From positions 1,888,001 to 1,952,000 of the forward strand of contig OY762492.1 in NCBI GenBank assembly GCA_963665845.2: a DNA stretch of 64,000 nt. The letters run 5' to 3'. Positions 9,958-18,371 of the stretch are shown piece by piece (position 1 is the stretch's first letter; the number at the start of each line of letters is the position of its first letter). The notes beneath the pieces are model-generated. The model saw only the letters and a list, made by a program, of their open reading frames with translations, made no database searches and was not told where the DNA came from. The translations under genes were made by a program, and so were the position numbers. Source of the DNA: Candidatus Poribacteria bacterium (GTDB lineage Bacteria; Poribacteria; WGA-4E; GCA-2687025).

Positions 9958-12306
9958 TTATTTCAACAGAACCATGCGCCGCGTTTCTGAAAAACTGCCC
10001 GCCTCAATGCGGACGAAATAGACGCCGCTGGCGGCGGGCGCGCCGAGGGCGTCCCTGCCGTCCCAGTATGCCGCTTTCTCTTTAGCGCGGTAGGAACCCG
10101 CCGCTAATTGCCCCATCTCCATGCGCCTGACCATTTGACCCGCCGAGTTGTAGACCGAGATCGTCACGGCGCTTTCTTGCGCCAGATCGAACGGTATCCA
10201 CGTTTCGGGGTTGAACGGGTTTGGGTAATTCGGGAGGAGCGCGTTCTTGAAAAGAAGAGGCGAATTCGGACGCTTCACGTCTGACCAGAAAACAGGTTGA
10301 TCTTCAAATCTCCACAGCAGGACGCGGCCGTCTTTTCCGCCGCTCACAAGCGAACGGCTGTCGGGAGAAAACGCAACCGAATTCACATGCCCGAAATGCC
10401 CCCTCAATGTCTTCTCCAGCTGAAACGTCTTGGCGCTCCAAATCCGTACCGTTCCGTCTTTGCCTGCGCTGGCGATACGCTGTCCGTCAGGCGAATACGC
10501 TACAGCATGGACGGCGCCCTCATGTCCGGTCATCTTTCCTCTCAAGGCGCCGTTCTTTGCGCTCCAGACGCGCACAATCGAATCCTCGTCTCCAACCGCT
10601 ATGGATCCCCCGCTCGGCGACAACGCCAGCGCATAATCCGCATAAATAGACCCAACCTCTTCCACGGTTCGAAGAATCTCCCTCGTCTTCACATCCCAAA
10701 GATGGACGCTTCCCCTGCCAACGGCAGCTAAAACGCTTCCGTCTTTTGAAAACTTCAGCTCCGAAGCCCGCCCGCTCGGAGCCGTGAGCGCCTCCTCCGC
10801 CTTCCCCGTTAAGATGTCCAGAAAGCGCACGATCCCTTGTTTATGAGCAGTGTCGTTAAAGGCGAGCGTCTTTCCGTCAGGAGAATAGGCAAACGAACTC
10901 GGAGAGCGGTCGCTCAATTCCAAGATCGGTTTTCCCGTCTCCGCGTCCCATACGCCGATCGCATAACGACCCGGTCTGACGCAGGCAACGGTCCGCCCGT
11001 CCGGCGAAAACGCGGAAGGTCCAGGATAGGCTTTGATATTCCTTTTCTCCTCCCCGGCGGAGACATCCCAAATGCGAATGGCATCGTCCAAGGACCAAAG
11101 CCCTCCTTCGGCGCACGAGCTGGCGACAAAGCGCCCGTCCGGCGAAAACGATAAAGACGCAATCTCCGAACTCCCCCATACTGAGAATTGAGCGGTTTGC
11201 CGCCCTTGAATGTCCCAGCGAGTGTACTCTGTGTCTTGAAACGGCGCGCTCCTCCTCGTTAACAGACCATTTGACGACAACAAAATTCGGTTCCGATGGC
11301 CGCTCTCTACGACCGACAACAGCTTTTTTGCCTCCATATCCCAAATTTGAATTGTCCTCGTACCGCTTTCCCTGTTGTCTCTTGAAGCGGCCATGAGCCT
11401 GCTGTCCGATGAAAAAATCGGTCGGCTAAAGCCCTCCTCAAACGCGATCAACTCCTCTCCCGTTCTCAAATCCCAAAGACGCGCCTTCCCGCCGCTGTAC
11501 GCCGTTAGGGCGCTTCCGTCCGGCGCTAACATGGCATCCGTGAGACCTTCCCCAAACTCAAACCGATTCTGCCCAGTCTCCGCATCCCAAACATGGACAG
11601 CGGCATGATCCTTTTGATCGTACCTTGTATGGCTAAGGCTGGCGATCAATCGGTTGCCGGGGAGGAACGCAATGCGGTAATCATGCAGATACGGCCGCCA
11701 TAACCGCGAATCAACCGGCGTTTTGAAGCGCGTTTTCAATTGACCCGCCGCCGCGTCCCAAATATAAACACTCTCATTCCCGGCGCCGGCGACGAGCCTT
11801 CCGTCATGCGAAAAAACAAGACCGTAAATACGATCGCTCACCGGCTCCATCTCTCTTTTCAGCTGCCCCGTTTCCACATCCCAAAGCTGTATTGCGTTGT
11901 CCGATTTCTCGGCGGCGATCGTCTGCCCGTCAGGAGAAAATGCGAATGCGCCGACGCTGTCCAATTCTTCCGATACCGACTTCAGCTTCCCATTCGCCGC
12001 ATCCCAAATGCGGATTTCTAAAAAACTAAACACAGCAAGATACCGGCCGCCCCCCTTGAACCCCAACCACTCGCCTTCCCATCTAGGCGCCTCCATCGAA
12101 TGAATCATGCGCCCTGTTTGAGCGTCCCAGATCCGCACAAGCCTATTTGTGTCCCCCGTTGCAAGCAGCTCCCCGTCAGACGACAACGCCGCCTGGTAAA
12201 TAGTTCCAGGATGCCGCCCAACAACCCTCTGCGCTTCCCCCTCGTCAACCAAGAGAAGCCAACACGCCAAGCCCGCCAATGCCAAACATGCCCCGCGTTT
12301 CATCAT
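9958..12306 (-). CDS. Secreted WD40-repeat protein with C-terminal FlgD-Ig/CTD-like domain (subfamily Y)
   Basis: Start at MMKRGACL after RBS AAGGAG; WD repeats; same C-terminal domain. Confidence 0.93.
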   Translation of the reverse strand: MMKRGACLALAGLACWLLLVDEGEAQRVVGRHPGTIYQAALSSDGELLATGDTNRLVRIWDAQTGRMIHSMEAPRWEGEWLGFKGGGRYLAVFSFLEIRIWDAANGKLKSVSEELDSVGAFAFSPDGQTIAAEKSDNAIQLWDVETGQLKREMEPVSDRIYGLVFSHDGRLVAGAGNESVYIWDAAAGQLKTRFKTPVDSRLWRPYLHDYRIAFLPGNRLIASLSHTRYDQKDHAAVHVWDAETGQNRFEFGEGLTDAMLAPDGSALTAYSGGKARLWDLRTGEELIAFEEGFSRPIFSSDSRLMAASRDNRESGTRTIQIWDMEAKKLLSVVESGHRNRILLSSNGLLTRRSAPFQDTEYTRWDIQGRQTAQFSVWGSSEIASLSFSPDGRFVASSCAEGGLWSLDDAIRIWDVSAGEEKRNIKAYPGPSAFSPDGRTVACVRPGRYAIGVWDAETGKPILELSDRSPSSFAYSPDGKTLAFNDTAHKQGIVRFLDILTGKAEEALTAPSGRASELKFSKDGSVLAAVGRGSVHLWDVKTREILRTVEEVGSIYADYALALSPSGGSIAVGDEDSIVRVWSAKNGALRGKMTGHEGAVHAVAYSPDGQRIASAGKDGTVRIWSAKTFQLEKTLRGHFGHVNSVAFSPDSRSLVSGGKDGRVLLWRFEDQPVFWSDVKRPNSPLLFKNALLPNYPNPFNPETWIPFDLAQESAVTISVYNSAGQMVRRMEMGQLAAGSYRAKEKAAYWDGRDALGAPAASGVYFVRIEAGSFSETRRMVLLK

Positions 12307-12317
12307 CCAATCTCCTT

Positions 12318-14651
12318 TCATTTTAAAAGAACCATGCGCCGCGTTTCTGAAAAGCTGCCCGCCTCAATGCGGACGAAATAGACGCCGCTGGCGGCGGGCG
12401 CGCCGAGGGCGTCCCTGCCGTCCCAGTACGCCGCCTTCTCTTTAGCGCGGTAGGAACCTGCCGGCAATTTGCCCAGTTCCAACCGCCTTACGGTTTGACC
12501 CGCCGAGTCGTAGATCGTTATCGTCACGGCGCTTTCTTGCGCCAAATCGAACGGAATCCACGTTTCAGGGTTGAACGGGTTTGGGTAATTCGGCAGAAGC
12601 GCGTTCTTCAAAAGAAGAGGCGAATTCGGGCGTTTAACGTCTGACCATAAAACAGGTTGATCTTCAAACCTCCACAGCAGGACGCGGCCGTCTTTTCCGC
12701 CGCTCACAAGCGATTTGCTGTCGGGAGAAAACGCAACCGCGTTCACCCACCCGACATGACCCCTCAACGTCTTCTTCAGCGCAAACGTTTTGGCGCTCCA
12801 GATCCGTACCGTCCCGTCCTTTCCTCCGCTGGCGATACGCTGTCCGTCAGGCGAGTACGCCAAGGCATGAACGGCGCCCTCATGACCAATCATCTTTCCT
12901 GTCAACGCGCCGTTCTTCGCGCTCCAGACGCGCGCGACCGAGTCTTCTCCTGCAACCGCTATCGATTCCCCGCTCGGCGACAACGCCAGCGCATGAACAT
13001 ACCCGAACCCTTCCACCGTTCGAAGAATCTCCCGTGTCTCCATATCCCAAAGATAGACCTTCTCCTCGCTCCCAGAAGCGGCTAACAAGCTTCCGTCTCT
13101 TGAAAACGTCAGCTTAGAAATCCATCTGCTAGGAGACATGAGCGTCTCCTCCGCCTTCCCGGTTGAGATGTCTAAGAAACGCACGACCTCTTGTTTCTTG
13201 ACCGCGTCATCGAAGGCGAGCGTCTTTCCGTCAGGAGAATAGGCAAACGAACTGGGAGAGTAGCCGTTCAATTCCACGATCTGCTCGCCTGTTTCGGCGT
13301 CCCATACGCCGATCGTGTCATCATGGCTGACGCCGGCGACGGTCCGCCCGTCCGGCGAAAATATGGACGGTTCAGAATAGGTACGGATATGCCTCTTTTC
13401 CTCCGCGGTTGAAACGTCCCAGATGCGAATGCCTTCATCTGTGAGCCATATATCGTTGCAGGAGCTGGCAACAAAAAGCCCGTCCGGCGAAAACGACAAC
13501 GACTCAATTTCCGAAGTACCCGCAACTGAGAATTGAGCGGTCTCCCGTCCCTGTATGTCCATACGAGTGAACTCTGCCGCTCGAAGCACCATGATCATCC
13601 TCGTCAACAACAGACCATTTGACGACAGCAAAATATAGTACTGATCGCGGTTCTCTATGACCGACGCCAGATCCCTTGCCTTCACATCCCAAATTTGAAT
13701 CGTCCTCGTATCGCTTTCCCTGTCGTATCTTGAAGCGGCCATGAACCTGCTGTCTGGTGAAAAACCTGATGGGCCAAACCCCTCCTCAAACTCGATCAGC
13801 TCCTCTCCAGTTCTGAGGTCCCAAAGACTGGCCTTTCCGTCGTTGCGCGCCGCGAGCGCGCTTCCGTCCGGCGCAAATCTGGCTCCCGTGAGATAGCCGC
13901 CAAACTCAAGCAGATTCTGTCCCGTTTCCGCATCCCAAACATGGACAACCGCAATATCCTGTCGGTCGTGTATGGTACGGGTAAGGCTGGCGATGGAGCG
14001 GTTGTCTGAAAGGAACGCAATGCGGTAATCCCGCGGATACAATATCCCCCTATCCAGCGAGTCGACCGGCGTCTTGAAGCGCGTTTTCAGCTCCCCTGTC
14101 GCCGCGTCCCAAATATAAACGCCCTCCTCCCCGGCGCCGGCAACAAGCCGCCCGTCATGCGAAAAAACAAGCGATTCCACCTCCTCGATGACAGCCTCCA
14201 GCTCCCTCTTCAGCGCCCCCGTTTCCACATCCCAAAGCCGTATGGGGGCGTCCCATTTATTGGCGGCGACGGTCCGCCCGTCAGGAGAGAAAGCGAACGG
14301 ATAGACGCGGTCCAATTCGCGCGAAACAGCCTTCAGCTCCCCCGACGCCGCGTCCCAAATGCGAAGGTTTAAAAAACTGTACGCAACAAGATAGCGGCCG
14401 CCCTTGAACCACAGCCTGTCCACTTCCTGACGAAACTCTGCCATCGAATGAATTATCCGCCCGGTTCGAGCGTCTACAAGCCGCACAATCCCATTCGAGT
14501 CGCCCGCCGCAAGCAGCTCGCCGTCAGCGGACAATGCCGCTGCCATGACAGACCCAGGATGCCGCCCAACAACTCTCTGCGCTTCCCCCTCGTCAACCAA
14601 GAGAAGCCAACACGCCAAGCCCGCCAAAATACAGATCGCCGTTCGCCTCAT
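12318..14651 (-). CDS. Secreted WD40-repeat protein with C-terminal FlgD-Ig/CTD-like domain (subfamily Y; first gene of the array)
   Basis: Start MRRTAICIL after RBS AAGGAG; WD repeats; same C-terminal domain. Confidence 0.93.
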   Translation of the reverse strand: MRRTAICILAGLACWLLLVDEGEAQRVVGRHPGSVMAAALSADGELLAAGDSNGIVRLVDARTGRIIHSMAEFRQEVDRLWFKGGRYLVAYSFLNLRIWDAASGELKAVSRELDRVYPFAFSPDGRTVAANKWDAPIRLWDVETGALKRELEAVIEEVESLVFSHDGRLVAGAGEEGVYIWDAATGELKTRFKTPVDSLDRGILYPRDYRIAFLSDNRSIASLTRTIHDRQDIAVVHVWDAETGQNLLEFGGYLTGARFAPDGSALAARNDGKASLWDLRTGEELIEFEEGFGPSGFSPDSRFMAASRYDRESDTRTIQIWDVKARDLASVIENRDQYYILLSSNGLLLTRMIMVLRAAEFTRMDIQGRETAQFSVAGTSEIESLSFSPDGLFVASSCNDIWLTDEGIRIWDVSTAEEKRHIRTYSEPSIFSPDGRTVAGVSHDDTIGVWDAETGEQIVELNGYSPSSFAYSPDGKTLAFDDAVKKQEVVRFLDISTGKAEETLMSPSRWISKLTFSRDGSLLAASGSEEKVYLWDMETREILRTVEGFGYVHALALSPSGESIAVAGEDSVARVWSAKNGALTGKMIGHEGAVHALAYSPDGQRIASGGKDGTVRIWSAKTFALKKTLRGHVGWVNAVAFSPDSKSLVSGGKDGRVLLWRFEDQPVLWSDVKRPNSPLLLKNALLPNYPNPFNPETWIPFDLAQESAVTITIYDSAGQTVRRLELGKLPAGSYRAKEKAAYWDGRDALGAPAASGVYFVRIEAGSFSETRRMVLLK

Positions 14652-14687
14652 CGTCCCAGCTCCTTCCACGCCTATTCAGGAGCGTTA

Positions 14688-14704
14688 CGCAAAAAGGGCG
14701 CCAA
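14688..14704 (-). promoter_or_regulatory. sigma-54 -24/-12 promoter at the head of the WD40 array
   Basis: Minus strand TTGGCGCCCTTTTTGCG = TGG-N10-GC, ~37 bp upstream of the ATG. Confidence 0.72.
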
Positions 14705-14750
14705 CAAAGCAGACCGATATTGTCCAAATTGAGAGCGAAAACGGGAGCCG

Positions 14751-14790
14751 CTGTCCAAATTATGAACAGCGCTGTATCAAAAATGGACAG
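14751..14790. promoter_or_regulatory. Tandem palindromic putative activator sites (UAS), CTGT-N11-ACAG x2
   Basis: CTGTccaaattatgaACAG (14751-14769) and CTGTatcaaaaatggACAG (14772-14790), 21-bp period; extra half-site TGTCCAAATT at 14721. Confidence 0.6.
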
Positions 14791-14800
14791 GCGCGGGGAT

Positions 14801-15058
14801 TTATTCGCCCAAGAGAGCGTTGATCGCGCGGGCGAGCGCGGCGTCTTTCTCCGTCACGGCGTCCGCGTCATGCGTCCATAACGAAAACACGGTGGTGCGG
14901 TACACATTCAGAATTTCAGGGTGGTGATCCATCCGCTCCGCCTCATAGCCGACCGCGTTGATCAAGAGCAGCGCCGACTTAAAATCGCGCGTCTTCACCT
15001 CCCGAACGAGCCGCCCGTCTTTCATCTCCCAGCCGGGAACGTTCCATTTTTCTGCCAT
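14801..15058 (-). CDS. phhB: Pterin-4-alpha-carbinolamine dehydratase
   Basis: AERMDHHPEI...WTHD...TEKD motifs; ~85 aa from MAEKW. Confidence 0.9.
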   Translation of the reverse strand: MAEKWNVPGWEMKDGRLVREVKTRDFKSALLLINAVGYEAERMDHHPEILNVYRTTVFSLWTHDADAVTEKDAALARAINALLGE

Positions 15059-15105
15059 TATCGGTATCCTTTCTATGTTTATGATACCATGGAGCCGCAT
15101 ACGAC

Positions 15106-15981
15106 ATGAACGATACAAGCCCCCGCCGCTTCCCTCTTTACGGCGTTCTTGGGCTGGCGCTCATTCTCGCCGCCCAAGCATGCGCCGCATACGATTATTT
15201 CAACGACGGCGCCAACGCCGCCGCCCATCGCGTCAGCCTCCATGCAACCGCAATCTGCTGGTGGGGGTATATCCTATTCATCGACGCATGGATACGGCGC
15301 ATGAAAGGCGAGTCGCTCCTGACGACGCGCCGCGCCGAGTTTGCCGTCATGCTGCCGCTTTCCGTTATTTTTTGGGTTCTGTTTGAGTTTTACAACTTCC
15401 ATCTCATCAACTGGCGGTACGAGGGGCTGTCGCATCTTCACTGGGAGCGGATCATCGGGTCGACAGCGGCGTTTGCGACCGTCCTGCCGGGCGTCCTGCT
15501 GACAAGCGAATGGCTGGACGCAAAGGGTGTTTTCCGCAACCTGAAAATCGAACCGCTGCGCGTCGACGGACGGCTCACCTTCGGGCTGATCCTGTTCGGG
15601 ACGGTATGCGCGGTCGTTCCGCTCATGCTGCCGCAGGCGTGGGCGAAATACGCCTTCGCGCCGGTTTGGATCGCGTACGCGTTCATGCTGGATCCGATCA
15701 ACCGCGCGAACGGGGCGCCCTCCTTGCTCGCCGACTTTGAACGCGGGCACCTGGGAAAGGCGGCGTCTCTCTTTGCGGCGGGACTGCTCTGCGGCTTCTG
15801 GTGGGAATCATGGAACTGGTTTGCGGCGGCGAAATGGAAATACCAGGCTCCGTTCACGCCCGGCATCTCCATCTTTGAGATGCCGATGGCGGGCTTTTTG
15901 GGCTTCGCGCCGTTTGCATGGGAGCTGTATGCGATGTACCATTTTGTATGGGCGGTTGGGCGGTCGCCGCGGAGGAAATGA
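15106..15981 (+). CDS. Multi-pass membrane protein of unknown function
   Basis: 291 aa with many hydrophobic segments; two internal W-x-x-x-E-x-x-N...W-x-Y repeats. Confidence 0.8.
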   Translation: MNDTSPRRFPLYGVLGLALILAAQACAAYDYFNDGANAAAHRVSLHATAICWWGYILFIDAWIRRMKGESLLTTRRAEFAVMLPLSVIFWVLFEFYNFHLINWRYEGLSHLHWERIIGSTAAFATVLPGVLLTSEWLDAKGVFRNLKIEPLRVDGRLTFGLILFGTVCAVVPLMLPQAWAKYAFAPVWIAYAFMLDPINRANGAPSLLADFERGHLGKAASLFAAGLLCGFWWESWNWFAAAKWKYQAPFTPGISIFEMPMAGFLGFAPFAWELYAMYHFVWAVGRSPRRK

Positions 15982-15987
15982 GGCGAT
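15958..15987 (+). repeat. 30-bp direct repeat, left copy
   Basis: GGGCGGTCGCCGCGGAGGAAATGAGGCGAT; 29/30 identical to 17070-17099. Confidence 0.85.
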
Positions 15988-16069
15988 CTGCCGTCTGGAA
16001 ACATCAGCGAATTCGATTCGCTCCAAGGCGTCTTTATGCTATACTCAAGACACGGCAGAGGAGAGATTT

Positions 16070-17044
16070 ATGCAGCGAAACGGCAACGGGTTCGGGCTTG
16101 TCATGTCGGACATCATGGAGGCGATCGTTGATCCCGCTAGGTTTCGAGAGCGGTTCGAGCGCGTCACAGAAGAGTTGGAGCGCGCCCGAGAGAAATACGA
16201 TGCTGAAGAAAATAAGATTTTAGAGAAGGTCGATACGGGCGAATTTGACCGCATCATTGAGGCGGAGACGGACAGCAATGCAGAGGTTAGAGCGGCGCGG
16301 ACAGAAATAGAGAACGCAAAAGAAGCGTATAAGAGCGCAAGGCTGAACCCAGAAATTTCTCCAGCCGAAAAGCTGCGCCTGTGGGAAGCATTAAAAGACG
16401 CTGAAGACACCCATTACCAAGCGCGGCATCAGGCGCAAGAAGAAGCGCTAGAGCGAATGCGCGCCCCGATGACACGCGCTAAAGCCGAAGTCGACAAGCT
16501 CGGTACTGAGCTGAAGCAGATGCAGCCGGCGTACTATTTCCTGAAAATGGACGACCGGCTGAAGGCGGTGGAGAGCCGAACAGAGGGGATTGAAACGTAC
16601 AAGAGCCGAACAGATCATCTCTGGGGATCCGATCTGGAACGGGTGATGTCGAAGAAAATCGTCGGATACCTCCCAAGATGGAATCTCGGCAGGCATCGCA
16701 TGTTGCTGAGCGTATCTCGCGGCATGGATCCAGATTTCATGGACGATTTAATCAAGGCGCTGGACGAAAAGCGTGTGTCGAAAAAAGAGTATGAGCGCAT
16801 CTGCAATACCGACATCATCCTAAAGGCGACCGCATTGAACGGCGCCAAGGAGGAGGTGTGGGTCGCGCTGGAGGTCTCCGCGACCGTCAACGACGACGAT
16901 ATTGAACGCGCCGCCAACTCTGCCGAGATTCTGCAGCGCATACAGGAACGACGGGCGCTCGCTCTGGTCGCAGGATACAGTATCGCGGAGCCGCAGGTCG
17001 AAAAAGCCGGACAAGCGGGCGTTGAAGTTCTCGCGGTGAAATGA
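16070..17044 (+). CDS. Coiled-coil protein with C-terminal PD-(D/E)XK-like domain
   Basis: Long helical N-terminus; C-terminal TDIIL...VALEVSATVNDDDIERA motif; RBS GAGGAG before ATG 16070. Confidence 0.7.
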   Translation: MQRNGNGFGLVMSDIMEAIVDPARFRERFERVTEELERAREKYDAEENKILEKVDTGEFDRIIEAETDSNAEVRAARTEIENAKEAYKSARLNPEISPAEKLRLWEALKDAEDTHYQARHQAQEEALERMRAPMTRAKAEVDKLGTELKQMQPAYYFLKMDDRLKAVESRTEGIETYKSRTDHLWGSDLERVMSKKIVGYLPRWNLGRHRMLLSVSRGMDPDFMDDLIKALDEKRVSKKEYERICNTDIILKATALNGAKEEVWVALEVSATVNDDDIERAANSAEILQRIQERRALALVAGYSIAEPQVEKAGQAGVEVLAVK

Positions 17045-17069
17045 AACGGCTTCGCGTCCGCGGATGGCG

Positions 17070-17099
17070 GGGCGGTCGCCGCGGAGGAGATGAGGCGAT
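17070..17099 (+). repeat. 30-bp direct repeat, right copy
   Basis: GGGCGGTCGCCGCGGAGGAGATGAGGCGAT. Confidence 0.85.
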
Positions 17100-17107
17100 A
17101 AGACGCC

Positions 17108-17434
17108 TTACTCGGAAACATCCCTCCGTATGATTCCTGGTTTTATGCGTTTCCAGTTTCGTATGAATTTTCTGATTTCATCATGGTTTCCAACGCTGTA
17201 CCATACAACATTTCCATCCTCAAATTCGCCCTTTAAAAGTCCGATGATTCTTAAGCCGTTTGCGCGTATTTGGACGAGGTCTTTATGAGATTTAAGTTTT
17301 TTATATTGTAAGGCGCCCTGAAATACGGCGGGATTTTCGTTGAATCGGGCGATCGCTTTGTCTACTGCGTCTTTTGATTTTTTATCCAGCTTGTTATACG
17401 CCCGTTGAAATCGGACATCGAATCGGGAGCGCAT
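17108..17434 (-). CDS. RelE/ParE-superfamily toxin
   Basis: 108 aa, basic; FQRAYNKL...NENP...LQYKKLK...IRANGLRII...VWYSVGNHDE pattern; AT-rich; ATG overlaps the upstream TAA (TAATG). Confidence 0.75.
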   Translation of the reverse strand: MRSRFDVRFQRAYNKLDKKSKDAVDKAIARFNENPAVFQGALQYKKLKSHKDLVQIRANGLRIIGLLKGEFEDGNVVWYSVGNHDEIRKFIRNWKRIKPGIIRRDVSE

Positions 17435-18243
17435 TATTTGTGTCCGGACGGAGATGTTGACGTCTTGCCTGCGAGGTCATTTGCGTTTGCCTCGTCTGCC
17501 CATGCTCGAAACGCTTCTTTTGTGTCGGGTTCACTGTATAATTCGTCCCACTTTTCTTGGGCTTTTCTTTCAGATTCCATGATCGGCTCAAACTTTTCTT
17601 CGTACAGGTCGGGGTTGAGCGAGATTGCCCAGTAGATGTCTTCGTGCGCGAGGTCGGTTTCGCCCCTTTCTTGGTGGAAGAGTCCTTTTATGAGATACGC
17701 TTCCGCGCAGAGCGGATTGAGTTCGATCGCTTTTTCAAGGCTCTGGATCGCGTTGTCCGGCGCGCCCAGTTGCCAATGCGTGTGTCCCAAGAGTATGTAG
17801 GTCGTTTCCATCGGGAGCAGCTCGCCAGATTTTTCAAAATCTGCCGCCGCTTGCTCTAACGGAAGATCGCGGTTTATTGCGTTCCACAGCAAGCCGACAA
17901 CGCCTCGGAGTCCGTAAACGCTGCCCAAAGACTCTGGATCGTCCAAATTGCGCATCAGCGAAATTGCTTCGCTAAAATGCGCTCGCGCTTTTTCAAAATC
18001 GGCTTCCGACGCGGGCGCGTCATCGTCTATCAGATGCGTCAACGCTCGTATCAACGCGGATTTTCCTGCGTCCACGGCAGATTGCGTCGGAAAGAACTTG
18101 GGCGGCGGCGCCTTTTCCGCCATCGGCAGCGTTACCTCCACCGACGCCTCCGAATTTATCGAAAGCCGCACCGGAAAAGAGGACGGAAGAGACGGCGCCG
18201 CCGCCCTATTCGATCCCGTTCCAAGCCTCTGCGTTCTCAACAT
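17434..18243 (-). CDS. TPR-repeat protein with C-terminal antitoxin-like segment (alternative start 18123)
   Basis: TPRs (YILLGHTHWQLG...AIQSLEKAIELNP; AYLIKGLFHQERG...AISLNP) followed by KWDELY...WADEA...AGKT. Confidence 0.75.
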   Translation of the reverse strand: MLRTQRLGTGSNRAAAPSLPSSFPVRLSINSEASVEVTLPMAEKAPPPKFFPTQSAVDAGKSALIRALTHLIDDDAPASEADFEKARAHFSEAISLMRNLDDPESLGSVYGLRGVVGLLWNAINRDLPLEQAAADFEKSGELLPMETTYILLGHTHWQLGAPDNAIQSLEKAIELNPLCAEAYLIKGLFHQERGETDLAHEDIYWAISLNPDLYEEKFEPIMESERKAQEKWDELYSEPDTKEAFRAWADEANANDLAGKTSTSPSGHK

Positions 18244-18371
18244 CTCAACAGCCTCCCGCTCAAAACCGCCCTATCAGTTTAGCGCCGGAACGGCCGCATA
18301 GCAAGCGGGCGCCGTAAGATTTCCATGCCGGCTGGATGCAAACGCGGCGGCGTTCGGATATACTTAACGGC

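Noticed and set aside
1-14651. Diversity-generating retroelement acting on the WD40 genes
   Set aside because: No reverse transcriptase or TR/VR pair is visible. The C-termini are the constant part, and the variation includes indels spread over many loops.
15737-16069. N-terminal extension of the 435-aa ORF
   Set aside because: It overlaps the upstream membrane protein gene; the RBS supports ATG 16070.
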